NCBI GenBank assembly: GCA_035353595.1
Contig: DAOPZW010000002.1
Location: 1 to 47,477, forward strand
DNA: 47,477 nt
Reading direction: 5' to 3'
DNA from: Elusimicrobiales bacterium
Lineage (GTDB): Bacteria; Elusimicrobiota; Elusimicrobia; Elusimicrobiales; UBA9959
Made by a program: the position numbers and the translations under genes. Each line of letters opens with the position of its first letter. Positions within the stretch are counted from its first letter, which is position 1. The notes under the pieces were generated by a model, which worked only from the letters and a program-made list of their open reading frames with translations, searched no databases and was not told the DNA's origin. Positions 9,174-18,218 of this stretch are shown piece after piece.

Positions 9174-9208
9174 AGCACCTCTTTTCAATATAATAGATTC
9201 TAGTAATT

Positions 9209-11782
9209 TTATGGCCGTTTATGCCGCAATCTGGCGGCAAGGCGGAAATGTTCGCCGTCGTAGAAAAAGCGGCGCCAGACCAGGAAGCGCCAGCCTCCTC
9301 TCTTGAGCTCCTCGTCCGCTCTGGCGGAAAGCTCTATCATTTCAGAGTCCTCGGGCAGGGCCAGGATATGGCAGCGCTGGCCCTGTCCCCGGAAGCTTTC
9401 GTCGAGGCGCAGGTCCAGCACGCCGCCCTGCCGTTCCTTGCAGGGCCCTTCCATATCCAGCCGGGCTTCTACCGAGTTCAGGGCCAGGTGGCGCAGCGGC
9501 ACCGCATGCTCCACCGTCGCCATATATCTGCCGCATTCTGTCTGGACCCTCGTGAATTCCGCCTTCAGCGCGCTGCCGCGGGAATCCATAAAGGAGGACA
9601 GCGGCAGCGCCGGCAGGAACAGTTTTTCCGTTTCGCGCGCTTTCAGATCGCTCTCGTTGAAGAACAGCCAGTTGCGCACCGCCAGTGGCTCGGAATCCTT
9701 GCCGAAAATATAGACGGTGGACGTGGTGTCGGCGTAGTTCCATTTCGCCGAGAACAGGTTGTCCAGCAGGGCCTGCCTGGCTTTGCGGTGGTTCAGTTCC
9801 AGGCAGGCTGCGGGCAGTTCTGCGAACGCGGGCCGGTATTCCAGGGCGCCGTCCACCAGCGCGGCCAGTTCCTCGTTGGTCTTGAAATTGTATTCGGGCG
9901 CCAGGTTCCGGCCGATCTCGATGTGCCGCAGCGCCTCTTTCCTGTCGCCGCGCAGGGCATAGAGCTTGTTGAGCAGGTAATAGGAGTAGGCCAGGGAGTC
10001 TTCCCGCTCCGAGCCTATCAGTTTGCGGACGGTAACGCAGGCCGTCTTGTAATCCTTCTGCTGCACGGCCAGTCTCATCCGCAGGAAAAGGAAAAGGTAG
10101 CTGCCGGGCGCCAGGTTTTCGGCGTCGCGCAGCGCGCTTTCGGCCTCGGCCAGCTTGCCGGCGTAGAGCAGGTTTTCTATGAAGGCGGTCCGGAGCATGT
10201 GGTTGCCGGGGTGATGCCTGAGCTCTTCGGCGGTTATCTCCTGCGCCCGGTCGCGCCGGCCCAGCCAGGCGTAATGGTAGGATTCGACGAACCAGGTGAA
10301 CAGCCCGGAGCCCGGCACCGCCCTGTTGATGCGCCTGGCGTAGGCGGTGGCGAGCTTATGATCGTTCATGTTCAGCCTGGCCCGGGCGCAGATGGCGAGC
10401 AGCGCGGGGTCGTCCGCCTGGCCGCCCAGATAATGTTCCATCTTCTTCAGCCAGTCTTTGGCGCCGTCCAGGTATTCAGCCAGCAGGCCGGCGTAAAGGC
10501 GCAACGCCGCGTCGGGGCCTGTGGCGGCCGCCCGCCGCATCCGCGCGCCCGCCTTGCGCAGCGCGGAATCGCTGCCCATATGCGGCGCCAGCACTATCAG
10601 CATGGCGGTGGCGTCCACGGAGGATGGGTCCAGCTTCAGCGCGTCCGATATAAGCACTTGCGCGTGATCCACGGAAAGGTCCGTAAAGTAAGCCAGCGCG
10701 GCCTCGCCGGCCAGCCTGGCGGCTTCCTTGCGGGCTGCCTCCGTTACCGGCGGCGCGTCCCCGCTTTTTCGGGGCCCGGGCCCGGTCTCCGCGGGCCGCA
10801 GCAGGCCTTTTATTCCGTCGAAGATCTGCGTTTTCAGCCCCTTGGGGCGCGCGGCGAGCCGGATCGCGTCGGCCAGTTCGCGGGCGTCGCCGAAGCGGCG
10901 CCCGGGGTCCTTCTCCAGGCAGCGCAGCACTACCAGGCCCAGCGCCGGGGAGAGCTGCGGATTGAACTTCGACGGGGGCGGGCAGCGGTCCTGCGTGACG
11001 GCGCGTATGAAAGCCGCGGTGCTGTCGGTCTCGAAAGGGTGGGCCAGCGTCAGCAACTCGTAGAAGACGGTTCCCAGCGCGTAGATGTCGGAGGCGCGGC
11101 CGCCGCCGGAGTTGGAAAAGATCTCGGGCGCCATATACTTCATGGTCCCGAGCCTGGGCTGGCCCGTGGTGATGTCGCCGGAACCGCTCAGCTTGGCCAG
11201 GCCGAAGTCCGCCAGCTTGGGCAGGCCGGTCTTGCCTAGCAGGATATTGGAAGGTTTTATGTCCCGGTGCAGGATGCCCAGCGAATGCGCCTCGTACAGC
11301 GCGTCGGCCACGCCGGCGATGAGGGCGGCCGCGTGGTTCTCGTAGTCGCCGTCCGCCAGCGGGGAGGCGGCCAGCGGCCGCAGGAAATAAGGCAGGTCCT
11401 CGTCGCCGGGAACGGGGGGCTGGATGTACCCGTACCTTTTCAGCTCTTCGAGGTCGCCCGCGTTCTTTATCGTGCGGGAGAGTTCGAGGAAAGAAAGCAG
11501 CGGCCGGCCGTCGACGAATTCCATCGCGAAGTAAGGCAGCCCGTCGTGCTCGCCGTAGGAATAGATCTTCACGATGCCGGGATGGCCGCACCGGGCTATG
11601 GCGGAGGCTTCGCGGATGAAGCGCTTTTTGTTGGTGTCGGTGGCCTGTTCCGGCAGGATGATCTTTATGGCGGCCTCCCTGCCCAGCGCGGCGTCGTGCG
11701 CCCGGTAGACTACGCCCATGCCGCCGCGGCCCAGTTCCCCGGTTATGGAATAGCCTCCTATTTTGTCGCCTTTTTTTATCAT
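9209..11782 (-). CDS. Hanks-type Ser/Thr protein kinase with TPR-like repeats and an uncharacterised ~230-aa C-terminal domain
   Basis: Kinase motifs [36 protein letters not shown] and GTMKYMAPE. Helical TPR-like repeats in the middle. No TM segment is evident. ATG 11782 ([11 protein letters not shown]..) is preferred; the track's TTG at 11803 remains possible. Confidence 0.85.
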   Translation of the reverse strand: MIKKGDKIGGYSITGELGRGGMGVVYRAHDAALGREAAIKIILPEQATDTNKKRFIREASAIARCGHPGIVKIYSYGEHDGLPYFAMEFVDGRPLLSFLELSRTIKNAGDLEELKRYGYIQPPVPGDEDLPYFLRPLAASPLADGDYENHAAALIAGVADALYEAHSLGILHRDIKPSNILLGKTGLPKLADFGLAKLSGSGDITTGQPRLGTMKYMAPEIFSNSGGGRASDIYALGTVFYELLTLAHPFETDSTAAFIRAVTQDRCPPPSKFNPQLSPALGLVVLRCLEKDPGRRFGDARELADAIRLAARPKGLKTQIFDGIKGLLRPAETGPGPRKSGDAPPVTEAARKEAARLAGEAALAYFTDLSVDHAQVLISDALKLDPSSVDATAMLIVLAPHMGSDSALRKAGARMRRAAATGPDAALRLYAGLLAEYLDGAKDWLKKMEHYLGGQADDPALLAICARARLNMNDHKLATAYARRINRAVPGSGLFTWFVESYHYAWLGRRDRAQEITAEELRHHPGNHMLRTAFIENLLYAGKLAEAESALRDAENLAPGSYLFLFLRMRLAVQQKDYKTACVTVRKLIGSEREDSLAYSYYLLNKLYALRGDRKEALRHIEIGRNLAPEYNFKTNEELAALVDGALEYRPAFAELPAACLELNHRKARQALLDNLFSAKWNYADTTSTVYIFGKDSEPLAVRNWLFFNESDLKARETEKLFLPALPLSSFMDSRGSALKAEFTRVQTECGRYMATVEHAVPLRHLALNSVEARLDMEGPCKERQGGVLDLRLDESFRGQGQRCHILALPEDSEMIELSARADEELKRGGWRFLVWRRFFYDGEHFRLAARLRHKRP

Positions 11783-11814
11783 CGGTGCCTGGAAAACCTG
11801 CAAATTTATTTTAC

Positions 11815-11820
11815 TATAAT
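11815..11820 (+). promoter_or_regulatory. Candidate -10 box (TATAAT) in the AT-rich divergent region between the kinase and deaminase genes
   Basis: Exact TATAAT lies 31 nt upstream of ATG 11852. No convincing -35 was found (best is GAAAAC). Confidence 0.3.
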
Positions 11821-11851
11821 AATGCTTCAGTCTCTATCTTAAGGACCTCAT

Positions 11852-13222
11852 ATGAAAACACTCCTGGTAAAGAACGCGCTGGTGCTGGCCACGATGGACG
11901 GAAAAAACCGCGAGATAAAGGGCGGAGACGTATATATTGAAGGTCCTGAAATAAAGAAGGTCGGCAAAGGCCTCAAAGTCAAAGCCGATACCGTCATAGA
12001 CGCCAAAGGCTGCGTGGTGCTGCCCGGTTTCGTGAACACCCACCACCACCTTTACCAGACGCTCACCCGCAACCTGCCCAAGGCCCAGGATTCCAAGCTG
12101 TTCGACTGGCTGATCTATCTCTACGATATCTGGAAGCACATAAACCCCGAGGCTGTTTACGCCAGTACGCAGACCGGCCTGGGCGAACTGCTGCTGACCG
12201 GCTGCACCACCAGCACCGACCACCTTTACCTTTTCCCGCGGAAGAACAGCGGTTTCTTTATCGATACGCAGATAGAGGCCGCCCGCGAGCTGGGCATCCG
12301 CTTCCACCCCACGCGCGGCTCCATGTCCCGAGGCCGCTCCAACGGCGGGCTGCCGCCCGACAGCGTGGTGCAGACCGAAGACTTCATCATGAAGGATTGT
12401 GAGCGCCTGGTGCACAAATACCATGACGCGGATAAATTCGCCATGACGCAGGTGGCGCTGGCGCCCTGCTCTCCTTTCTCCGTGACCACGGAGCTGCTGA
12501 AGCTCACCGCCGTGATGGCGAAGAAATGGGGCGTGCGCATGCACACCCACCTGGCCGAGACCATCGACGAGGAAGCGTTCTGCAAAAAGCTCTTTAAAAT
12601 GCGCCCGCTGGAATATATGGAATCGGTGGGCTGGGTTTCCGAGGGGAATGCCTGGTTCGCGCACTGCGTGTATATAAATGAGGCCGAAGCTAAAAAGATG
12701 GGTAAAACCAAAACAGGCGTGGCGCATTGCCCCTGTTCCAATTTGCGCCTGGGCTCCGGCATCGCTCCCATACGGATGTTCCTTGACCACGAGGTGCCGG
12801 TGGGCCTGGCCGTGGACGGCTCCGCCTCCAACGACGCATCCGACATGCTGGGCGAGGCGCGCCAGTGCATGCTGGTACACCGCGTAAAAAGCGGCGTGGG
12901 TTCCATGCCGGCGCGCGACGTCTTTAAGATAGCCACCCGGGGCGGCGCCGCCGTGCTGGGACGCGCGGATATCGGCTCCCTCGAACCCGGCAAAGCCGCC
13001 GACCTGGCCATCTTCGACGTGAGCGGCCTGGATTTCGCGGGTTCCCATTCGGACCCGCTGGCTGCGCTGCTGTTCTGCGGCGCTTCGCACCGGACAAAAT
13101 ACACGGTGGTGAACGGCAAGGTGGTAGTAAAGAACGGCCGCCTGGTGAACGTGGACGAGACTAAATTGACGGAAAGGGCCAATAAGGCGGCCGCGGCGCT
13201 GTACAGGAAAGCGGGTTGCTGA
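11852..13222 (+). CDS. 8-oxoguanine deaminase-like amidohydrolase
   Basis: 456 aa. LPGFVNTHHHLYQTLTR (HHH.YQTLTR is characteristic of the 8-oxoguanine/isoxanthopterin deaminase group), HTHLAET, AHCV and GLAVDGSASND. AAGGA SD before the ATG. Confidence 0.75.
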   Translation: MKTLLVKNALVLATMDGKNREIKGGDVYIEGPEIKKVGKGLKVKADTVIDAKGCVVLPGFVNTHHHLYQTLTRNLPKAQDSKLFDWLIYLYDIWKHINPEAVYASTQTGLGELLLTGCTTSTDHLYLFPRKNSGFFIDTQIEAARELGIRFHPTRGSMSRGRSNGGLPPDSVVQTEDFIMKDCERLVHKYHDADKFAMTQVALAPCSPFSVTTELLKLTAVMAKKWGVRMHTHLAETIDEEAFCKKLFKMRPLEYMESVGWVSEGNAWFAHCVYINEAEAKKMGKTKTGVAHCPCSNLRLGSGIAPIRMFLDHEVPVGLAVDGSASNDASDMLGEARQCMLVHRVKSGVGSMPARDVFKIATRGGAAVLGRADIGSLEPGKAADLAIFDVSGLDFAGSHSDPLAALLFCGASHRTKYTVVNGKVVVKNGRLVNVDETKLTERANKAAAALYRKAGC

Positions 13223-13244
13223 ATTGCGGGGAACAGGGGGAAGC

Positions 13245-14354
13245 ATGAACGGCAAGGCAATTAAAAAAATAGCGATAAATACCGGCGGCGGCGATGCGCC
13301 GGGACTCAACGCGGTCATCAGGGCTGTGGTCATCTCGGCGCTGAACAAGGGCTGGGAAGTGGTAGGCATCCGCGACGGCTATAACGGCCTGCTGATGCCG
13401 GAAGAATATCCGGAGGGCGGCCTTATCCCCATGACGCGCGGCCGCGTGCGCGGGATAACCCACCTGGGCGGCACCATTTTGGGCACCACCAATAAAGGCA
13501 ACCCGACCAAATATCCCACTCTGGGCAAGGACGGGAAGATGTACGAGAAGGACCGCACCGACGAACTTATTGCGGCCTTCAAAAAGAACAAGATAGACGC
13601 CCTGGTGGCGCTGGGCGGCGACGGGTCGCTGGGTATCGCCAATGCGCTGGCGGAAAAAGGGCTGCGCGTGGTGGGCGTGCCCAAGACCATAGATAATGAC
13701 CTGGAAAAGACTGTGGCCACTTTCGGTTTCGACACGGCCGTCTCTTTCGCCACCGAATGCGTGGACCGGCTGCATTCCACCGCCGAGGCGCACCGCCGCA
13801 TAATGGTTATAGAAGTGATGGGCCGTTACGCCGGCTGGATAGCCCTCAATACCGGGGTTTCCGGCACGGCTGACGCCATCCTGATACCAGAGATCCCCTA
13901 CGATATAAAGAAAGTGGCCGAGGCGATGAAAGCGCTGGAGCACCGGAAAAAATTCTTCGCCATCATAGCGGTGGCGGAAGGCGCCCGGCCCAAAGGCGGC
14001 GACGTTTCGGTGGTGTGCAAGGAACTGGGCCGCCAGGAAAAGCTGGGCGGCGCCGGCGAGCGGGTGGCCAAAGAACTGCAGGAGCTGACAGGGCGCGAAT
14101 GCCGCACCGTGGTGCTGGGGCATCTGCTGCGCGGCGGCACCCCGACAACGTTCGACAGGCTCATCTCGCTGCGCTTCGGCGCGGCGGCGGTGCGGGCGCT
14201 GGCGGAGGGTTATTCCGGAGTGATGGTGGCGCTGGACCCGCCCACGGTGCGCTATGTGCCGCTCAAGGAAGCTACCAGGCGCATGAAAGTGGTGCCGCTG
14301 GACTGCGACACCGTGCGGACCGCCCGCGACCTGGGGATCTGCTTCGGGGATTGA
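13245..14354 (+). CDS. pfkA: 6-phosphofructokinase (PfkA family; ATP versus PPi dependence not resolved)
   Basis: INTGGGDAPGLNAVIRAVV, ALGGDGSLGIA, GVPKTIDNDL and VMGRYAGWIAL. The start is moved to ATG 13245, which has a GGGGGAAG SD; the track used TTG 13224. Confidence 0.9.
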   Translation: MNGKAIKKIAINTGGGDAPGLNAVIRAVVISALNKGWEVVGIRDGYNGLLMPEEYPEGGLIPMTRGRVRGITHLGGTILGTTNKGNPTKYPTLGKDGKMYEKDRTDELIAAFKKNKIDALVALGGDGSLGIANALAEKGLRVVGVPKTIDNDLEKTVATFGFDTAVSFATECVDRLHSTAEAHRRIMVIEVMGRYAGWIALNTGVSGTADAILIPEIPYDIKKVAEAMKALEHRKKFFAIIAVAEGARPKGGDVSVVCKELGRQEKLGGAGERVAKELQELTGRECRTVVLGHLLRGGTPTTFDRLISLRFGAAAVRALAEGYSGVMVALDPPTVRYVPLKEATRRMKVVPLDCDTVRTARDLGICFGD

Positions 14355-14438
14355 CATCCCGGGCCGGGCTCAGATCGTTCTTGCGGACTTCCGGCGCTAT
14401 TTCCTATTATTTTTCTATTAAGGGGATTAGGGAGGATT

Positions 14439-15230
14439 ATGAAAAAACTTATACCTGTTCTGTTCGCGCTGGTTCTGTTCTCGCCAGCCGTTTGCCGCGC
14501 CGACGACGGCGGCGGGGACGATAAAAAACTTCTAACGCGCAGCGAGGTCACGGTCTTCAAGAAAAAGCTGGTGGCCGTACTGGACGCCATGGGGCTGCCG
14601 CCTGCCGGCTTTGCGCAGGAAAAAGATGATTTTAACCTGCCTACCGAATGGTACAAGGACGGGAAGGGGAAACTTAATGGCAGCCATGCCAGCGCCACGC
14701 GCCGCCTGGCTATAAAAGGCGTCAAGGACGCCGAGAAAGGCAATAAGCAGCTGGGCGTGGATTACCAGAAGAAAATGATGGAGGCGCAGGCCAAGGGCGA
14801 TTACCAGGCTATTATGGCGCTGAGCCAGGAAATGCAGCAGAAGGTAGGCAAGACCGCGCTCTCCGGCGTGCAGGCCCAGGAAGATAAAAAACTTCCCATC
14901 GAAGTTCAGGTGGGCTTGAATGATTCCGCCTACCAGACCATAGACCCGGACATGGTCGTATTTGAGAAGCCCGGCGTCATCGCTATAAAGACGCAGGTGG
15001 GCGAAGAGGGCGACCCCAAAATTACCATCTCCGTCTACTTTCAGCCCGTGGTGCTGAAAGACACTAAAGACCTTTCGCGGGTGGAAATAAAGAGCGGCGC
15101 CGTTCCCGCCAAGACCAGCGTGGCTTCCGTAGTGATACAGCTGGAAGGGCCGGCCGCCGATGTAGAAGCCTGGGCGAAGCGGATCGACACCAAGGCGGTC
15201 CTGGCGCAGATAGACGCGACGGTCAAATGA
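14439..15230 (+). CDS. Secreted hypothetical protein
   Basis: Signal peptide MKKLIPVLFALVLFSPAVCRA. GGGAGG SD. Codon usage resembles its neighbours. No recognisable motif. Confidence 0.6.
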   Translation: MKKLIPVLFALVLFSPAVCRADDGGGDDKKLLTRSEVTVFKKKLVAVLDAMGLPPAGFAQEKDDFNLPTEWYKDGKGKLNGSHASATRRLAIKGVKDAEKGNKQLGVDYQKKMMEAQAKGDYQAIMALSQEMQQKVGKTALSGVQAQEDKKLPIEVQVGLNDSAYQTIDPDMVVFEKPGVIAIKTQVGEEGDPKITISVYFQPVVLKDTKDLSRVEIKSGAVPAKTSVASVVIQLEGPAADVEAWAKRIDTKAVLAQIDATVK

Positions 15231-15265
15231 GCTTTTAGGCTGCCGCGCTTCAGGCCTTAATATTT

Positions 15266-15865
15266 ATGCTTTCAGCCATCATTCTTGCCGCCGGGGAATC
15301 GTCGCGGATGGAACGCCCCAAGGCGCTGCTTTCCTGGCGGGGCTTGCCGTTCATCGAGCATGTCTGCGCCGCGCTGCGCAAGGCCGGCGTGGAGGACCGG
15401 ATAGTGGTGCTGGGGCGGTCTTCGTCCGAAATACTGGCCGGCTGGACGTCGGTCGGAGAGAAAATAGCCCTGAACCCTAAGCCGGAGAACGGCCAGTTGT
15501 CTTCGCTGCGGGCCGGGCTGGCCGCGGTTTCGCAGTTCTCCGAAGCCTTTATGGTCTGCCTGGCGGACCAGCCCACCGTTTCCGCCGAGACCTATCAAAA
15601 ACTGATCTATTTCTGGCAATCCAATAAGGATTCCGTGATCATTCCCCGCACTTTCAGGACAGAGGATTCGCGGCTGAAGCGCGGCCACCCGATAATAATT
15701 CCGGCCGCGCACAAGAACCTCTGCTTCGAAGGCCCCCTGGATAAGGGCCTGCACTGGGTTACGCATCACCCGTCGGTAAAAATAGCCGACCTGGAAGTGG
15801 CCGACCCTGAGATAATCAGGGATTTCGACACCCCTGAGGATTACGCGCAACTGGAACCGGGCTGA
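15266..15865 (+). CDS. mocA: MobA-like NTP transferase, probably molybdenum-cofactor cytidylyltransferase (MocA-like)
   Basis: N-terminal AIILAAGESSRMERPKALL. A C-terminal IIRDFDTPEDY block resembles the ..DIDTPDDF end of MocA. An XDH system is present in the same array. Confidence 0.65.
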   Translation: MLSAIILAAGESSRMERPKALLSWRGLPFIEHVCAALRKAGVEDRIVVLGRSSSEILAGWTSVGEKIALNPKPENGQLSSLRAGLAAVSQFSEAFMVCLADQPTVSAETYQKLIYFWQSNKDSVIIPRTFRTEDSRLKRGHPIIIPAAHKNLCFEGPLDKGLHWVTHHPSVKIADLEVADPEIIRDFDTPEDYAQLEPG

Positions 15866-15883
15866 GGCGCGCCCGGCGCGAAT

Positions 15884-15912
15884 TTGTGCCGCCTGTTTTA
15901 AAATCGTACAAT
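15884..15912 (+). promoter_or_regulatory. Candidate sigma70-type promoter for purE-purC
   Basis: TTGTGC (15884-15889), a 17-nt spacer, then TACAAT (15907-15912), 47 nt upstream of the purE ATG. Confidence 0.4.
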
Positions 15913-15958
15913 CATTTCGCGGTCCTGCCGGCCGCTATTAGCCGCTCAAGAGGTGCGT

Positions 15959-16477
15959 ATGCTGAAAGCAGCCATCATCATGGGAAGCGATTCGGACCTG
16001 GAAGTAATGTCCGCCGCCGCCGGTGTCTTCAGCCATTTCTCCGTGCCTTTCGAGATCAAGATCCTTTCGGCCCACCGCACCACCGCGGCCGCGCTGGCTT
16101 TTGCCGCCGCCGCTGAGCGGAAGGGCTTCGGCGTCATCGTCGCCGGAGCGGGCGGGGCCGCCCATCTGCCCGGCGTGCTGGCCGCGGCCACTGCTTTGCC
16201 CGTTATCGGCGTGCCCGTGAACGCTACTTCTTTGAACGGCCTGGACGCCCTGCTGTCCATTGTGCAGATGCCGGCCGGCATCCCGGTTGCGGCCGTGGGC
16301 GTGAACGGCGCGAAGAACGCCGGCCTGCTGGCCGTGCAGCTGCTGGCGCTGCGCGAGCGTTCGCTCAGGACCAAACTTAAAATTTACAGGGAAAAGATGA
16401 AGAAGGAGGTCCTGGCCAAGAGCGCCAGGCTGGAGAAGCTCGGGTACAAGAAGTACCTGGAAGAAATGAAGAAGTAG
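15959..16477 (+). CDS. purE: N5-carboxyaminoimidazole ribonucleotide mutase (class I PurE)
   Basis: IIMGSDSDL, LSAHRT, AGAGGAAHLPGV and VIGVPV. SAHR plus GGAAHLPG is the class I signature. AAGAGG SD lies 5 nt before ATG 15959; the track's GTG 15953 overlaps the SD. Confidence 0.92.
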   Translation: MLKAAIIMGSDSDLEVMSAAAGVFSHFSVPFEIKILSAHRTTAAALAFAAAAERKGFGVIVAGAGGAAHLPGVLAAATALPVIGVPVNATSLNGLDALLSIVQMPAGIPVAAVGVNGAKNAGLLAVQLLALRERSLRTKLKIYREKMKKEVLAKSARLEKLGYKKYLEEMKK

Positions 16478-16518
16478 TTTTTACCTCGCGTTGTCTTAGC
16501 GGCGAAGCCGGAGGTTTA

Positions 16519-17397
16519 ATGGCTGAACTGAAATTGATACACAAGGGTAAAGTGCGGGACTTGTACGCGGCGGGGGAAAAGTATCTCCTTATAGTTTCAT
16601 CCGACAGGATATCGGCCTTCGATTTTATACTGCCTACGCCCATCCCGGGCAAAGGCGCCATCCTTAACCAGATCAGCTCCTTCTGGTTCGCCCGCACCGG
16701 GCATATAATAAAGAATCACCTCATAGCTTCCGAGATCGGGGAAATAAAGGCTAAGCTTGCCGGCTATTCTTCGGCGGGGCTGGACTGGGCGCAGCTGGCC
16801 GGCCGCGCCGTGCTGGTGCACAGGACCAGGCGGGTGGATTTTGAATGCATCGTGCGCGGTTATATTACGGGTTCCGGCTGGAAGGAATATCTTAAGCATG
16901 GCAGCGTTTGCGGCTTAAAGCTCCCGCCGGGGCTTAAGGAGGCGCAGCAGCTGCCGGAGCCGGTCTTTACGCCCACCAGCAAGGCGGACCGGGGGCACGA
17001 CGAGAACGTCACTTTCGAACAGATGGCCGCGGCGCTGCCGCCGGGCTTGGCTGAGCAGATAAGGGAGAAAAGCCTGGCGCTGTATAAATTCGCGGCGGCT
17101 TATCTTAAAGAGCGGGGCATACTGCTGGCGGATACCAAGTTCGAGTTCGGCGTACTGGACGGAGAATTGCTGCTGATCGACGAGGCGCTGACGCCGGATT
17201 CTTCGCGTTTCTGGGACGCGGCGCGGTATCAGGTGGGGACCGGTCCGGACAGCTACGACAAGCAGTATGTGCGCGATTGGCTGGGGGGGAGCGGGTGGGA
17301 CAAACTGTCCGCCCCGCCCGGGCTGCCTCCCGAAGTTGTGCGGGGCACCCTCGGAAAATACGAGGAAGCCCTGAATAAAATTACGGCGGCCGGGTGA
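16519..17397 (+). CDS. purC: SAICAR synthase
   Basis: GKVRDLY, VSSDRISAFD, ECIVRGYITGS, ADTKFEFG and DEALTPDSSRFW. GGAGG SD. Confidence 0.93.
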   Translation: MAELKLIHKGKVRDLYAAGEKYLLIVSSDRISAFDFILPTPIPGKGAILNQISSFWFARTGHIIKNHLIASEIGEIKAKLAGYSSAGLDWAQLAGRAVLVHRTRRVDFECIVRGYITGSGWKEYLKHGSVCGLKLPPGLKEAQQLPEPVFTPTSKADRGHDENVTFEQMAAALPPGLAEQIREKSLALYKFAAAYLKERGILLADTKFEFGVLDGELLLIDEALTPDSSRFWDAARYQVGTGPDSYDKQYVRDWLGGSGWDKLSAPPGLPPEVVRGTLGKYEEALNKITAAG

Positions 17398-17421
17398 AGT
17401 GTCACCCGGCTTCTTCTTTTT
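17389..17421 (+). terminator. Rho-independent terminator after purC
   Basis: gccgggtga (17389-17397) pairs with tcacccggc (17402-17410), loop agtg, then ttcttcttttt. Confidence 0.75.
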
Positions 17422-17448
17422 ATGAGAGAAAAGAACAGATGTGCGGGA

Positions 17449-17712
17449 GGGTTCGGGGCGGCCGGGGTTTGGGCTCAGCGGGCACGGGGTCGCGCACACC
17501 GTGCGCGCCCCTCCCCACTCAGGCTCGGCGCTTACGCAGCCACGCATAAACCGCATAGCGGTTTTGCGCGGCCCCGGCTCGGCAATTTTCGCTGTAAAAT
17601 TGCCTCCGCCCTTGCGGCCCGGACGCGAGGCATAATTATGCCTCGCTCTAAAGCCGGGCCTCACCTCGCCTTCCGTGAGGGCCCGCTGAACCCAAACCCC
17701 GGCCGCCCCTCC
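17449..17712 (-). repeat. Nested-palindrome intergenic element, copy A (full length, inverted relative to copy C)
   Basis: The reverse complement aligns end to end with 25471-25738. Terminal arms are ggggcggccggggtttggg and cccaaaccccggccgcccc. It contains the 22-bp perfect palindrome gcgaggcataattatgcctcgc (17625-17646) and the hairpin ggcaatttt..aaaattgcc (17581-17604). Confidence 0.85.
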
Positions 17713-17768
17713 AGTGAGATGATCTGGGTGCTCGAAGAAAGAGAAGTCTTAGTTTTTAGGAATAAATA

Positions 17769-18218
17769 ATGATTATTGAAATTTGGACTAAAGAGAAGTA
17801 TGCGGGCAACGAAGGGGGCGCTTTTATCGGGCGGATGGCGCATGCGGGGCTTAAGGTGAAGGCGGCCCGCTTGTCGCGGCTTTATAAGGTGGAGGGGAAT
17901 TTTAACAGGAAAGAATTCGGAGCCCTGGCCGCGGACCTGCTTACGGACCCGATAACGGAGCGTTGTTCGCTGACGCCCGGGCAGGGCGGTCTTAAGGGGG
18001 GCTGGCGGGTGGAGGTATGGCTGAAGGATTCAGTTACGGATGTAATTGGCGAGAGCGTTAAAGAGGCTATTGGCGGGGTGGCCGGCAAAGTGCCGTCGGT
18101 TGTCAGGTTCGGGCATGCTTACTATGTCCGCTGTGATTCTGAAGTGAAATTGAGGAATGCCGTGGTTAAAACCCTGGTGAACGGGATAGTGAATAAATTT
18201 AAAATAGAAAAAATATGA
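17769..18218 (+). CDS. purS: Tandem (double) PurS-like FGAM synthase subunit
   Basis: 149 aa, about twice a canonical ~80-aa PurS. The second half (WRVEVWLKDSVTDVIGESVKEAI..VRFGHAYYV..LVNGIVNKFKIE) fits the PurS pattern. The first half repeats the pattern more weakly (IIEIWTKE..LSRLYKVEG..LLTDPITE). An ATGA overlap joins it to purL. Confidence 0.7.
   Translation: MIIEIWTKEKYAGNEGGAFIGRMAHAGLKVKAARLSRLYKVEGNFNRKEFGALAADLLTDPITERCSLTPGQGGLKGGWRVEVWLKDSVTDVIGESVKEAIGGVAGKVPSVVRFGHAYYVRCDSEVKLRNAVVKTLVNGIVNKFKIEKI

Noticed and set aside
7338-9203. A 621-aa ORF, with similar long ORFs at 9221-11239, 11834-13369, 13161-14357, 18122-18997, 20491-21354, 24444-25214, 25774-26661, 30548-31822, 42149-43054 and 45418-46506, each lying opposite a well-supported gene
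   Set aside because: These are antisense frames of GC-rich coding DNA that happen to lack stops. Their translations are Arg/Gly/Ala/His/Val-rich and motif-free, with no SD sequences, while the opposite strand carries unmistakable enzyme motifs.
11789-11803. Sigma54-like TGG..TGCA motif (ctggaaaacctgcaaa) upstream of the deaminase gene
   Set aside because: The GG-to-GC spacing is 9 nt, not the canonical 12 nt, so it does not fit the -24/-12 architecture.
13224-13244. Longer N-terminal extensions proposed by the ORF track for pfkA (13224), purQ (20572), purB (30590), purA (32031), purE (15953) and the flavoprotein (9188)
   Set aside because: Each extension starts at a non-ATG or unsupported codon, overlaps the upstream gene, an SD or a hairpin, and adds residues absent from the conserved family N-termini. 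Downstream ATGs have well-spaced SD sequences.
15866-15958. Purine, ZTP or PRPP riboswitches upstream of purE, purF, purM, purNH and purB
   Set aside because: The leaders are either too short (purE, purB) or fully occupied by the repeat elements. None contains the conserved purine-aptamer junction sequences or the ZTP pseudoknot motif (..CCGCCUGGGC..) as far as I can see by eye. An Infernal scan would be the decisive test.
17422-17769. ORFs running through the repeat elements (17422-17769, 21330-21590, 24203-24469, 24219-24404, 25550-25777, 25327-25545, 36858-37169) that share peptide strings such as AEAEWGGASTVCETPC or MPRSKAGPHLAFREG
   Set aside because: The shared peptides only reflect the repeated DNA being read. 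Homologous stretches are read on opposite strands and in different frames in different copies. Short and long element variants break the frames, and none has an SD. They were treated as non-coding.
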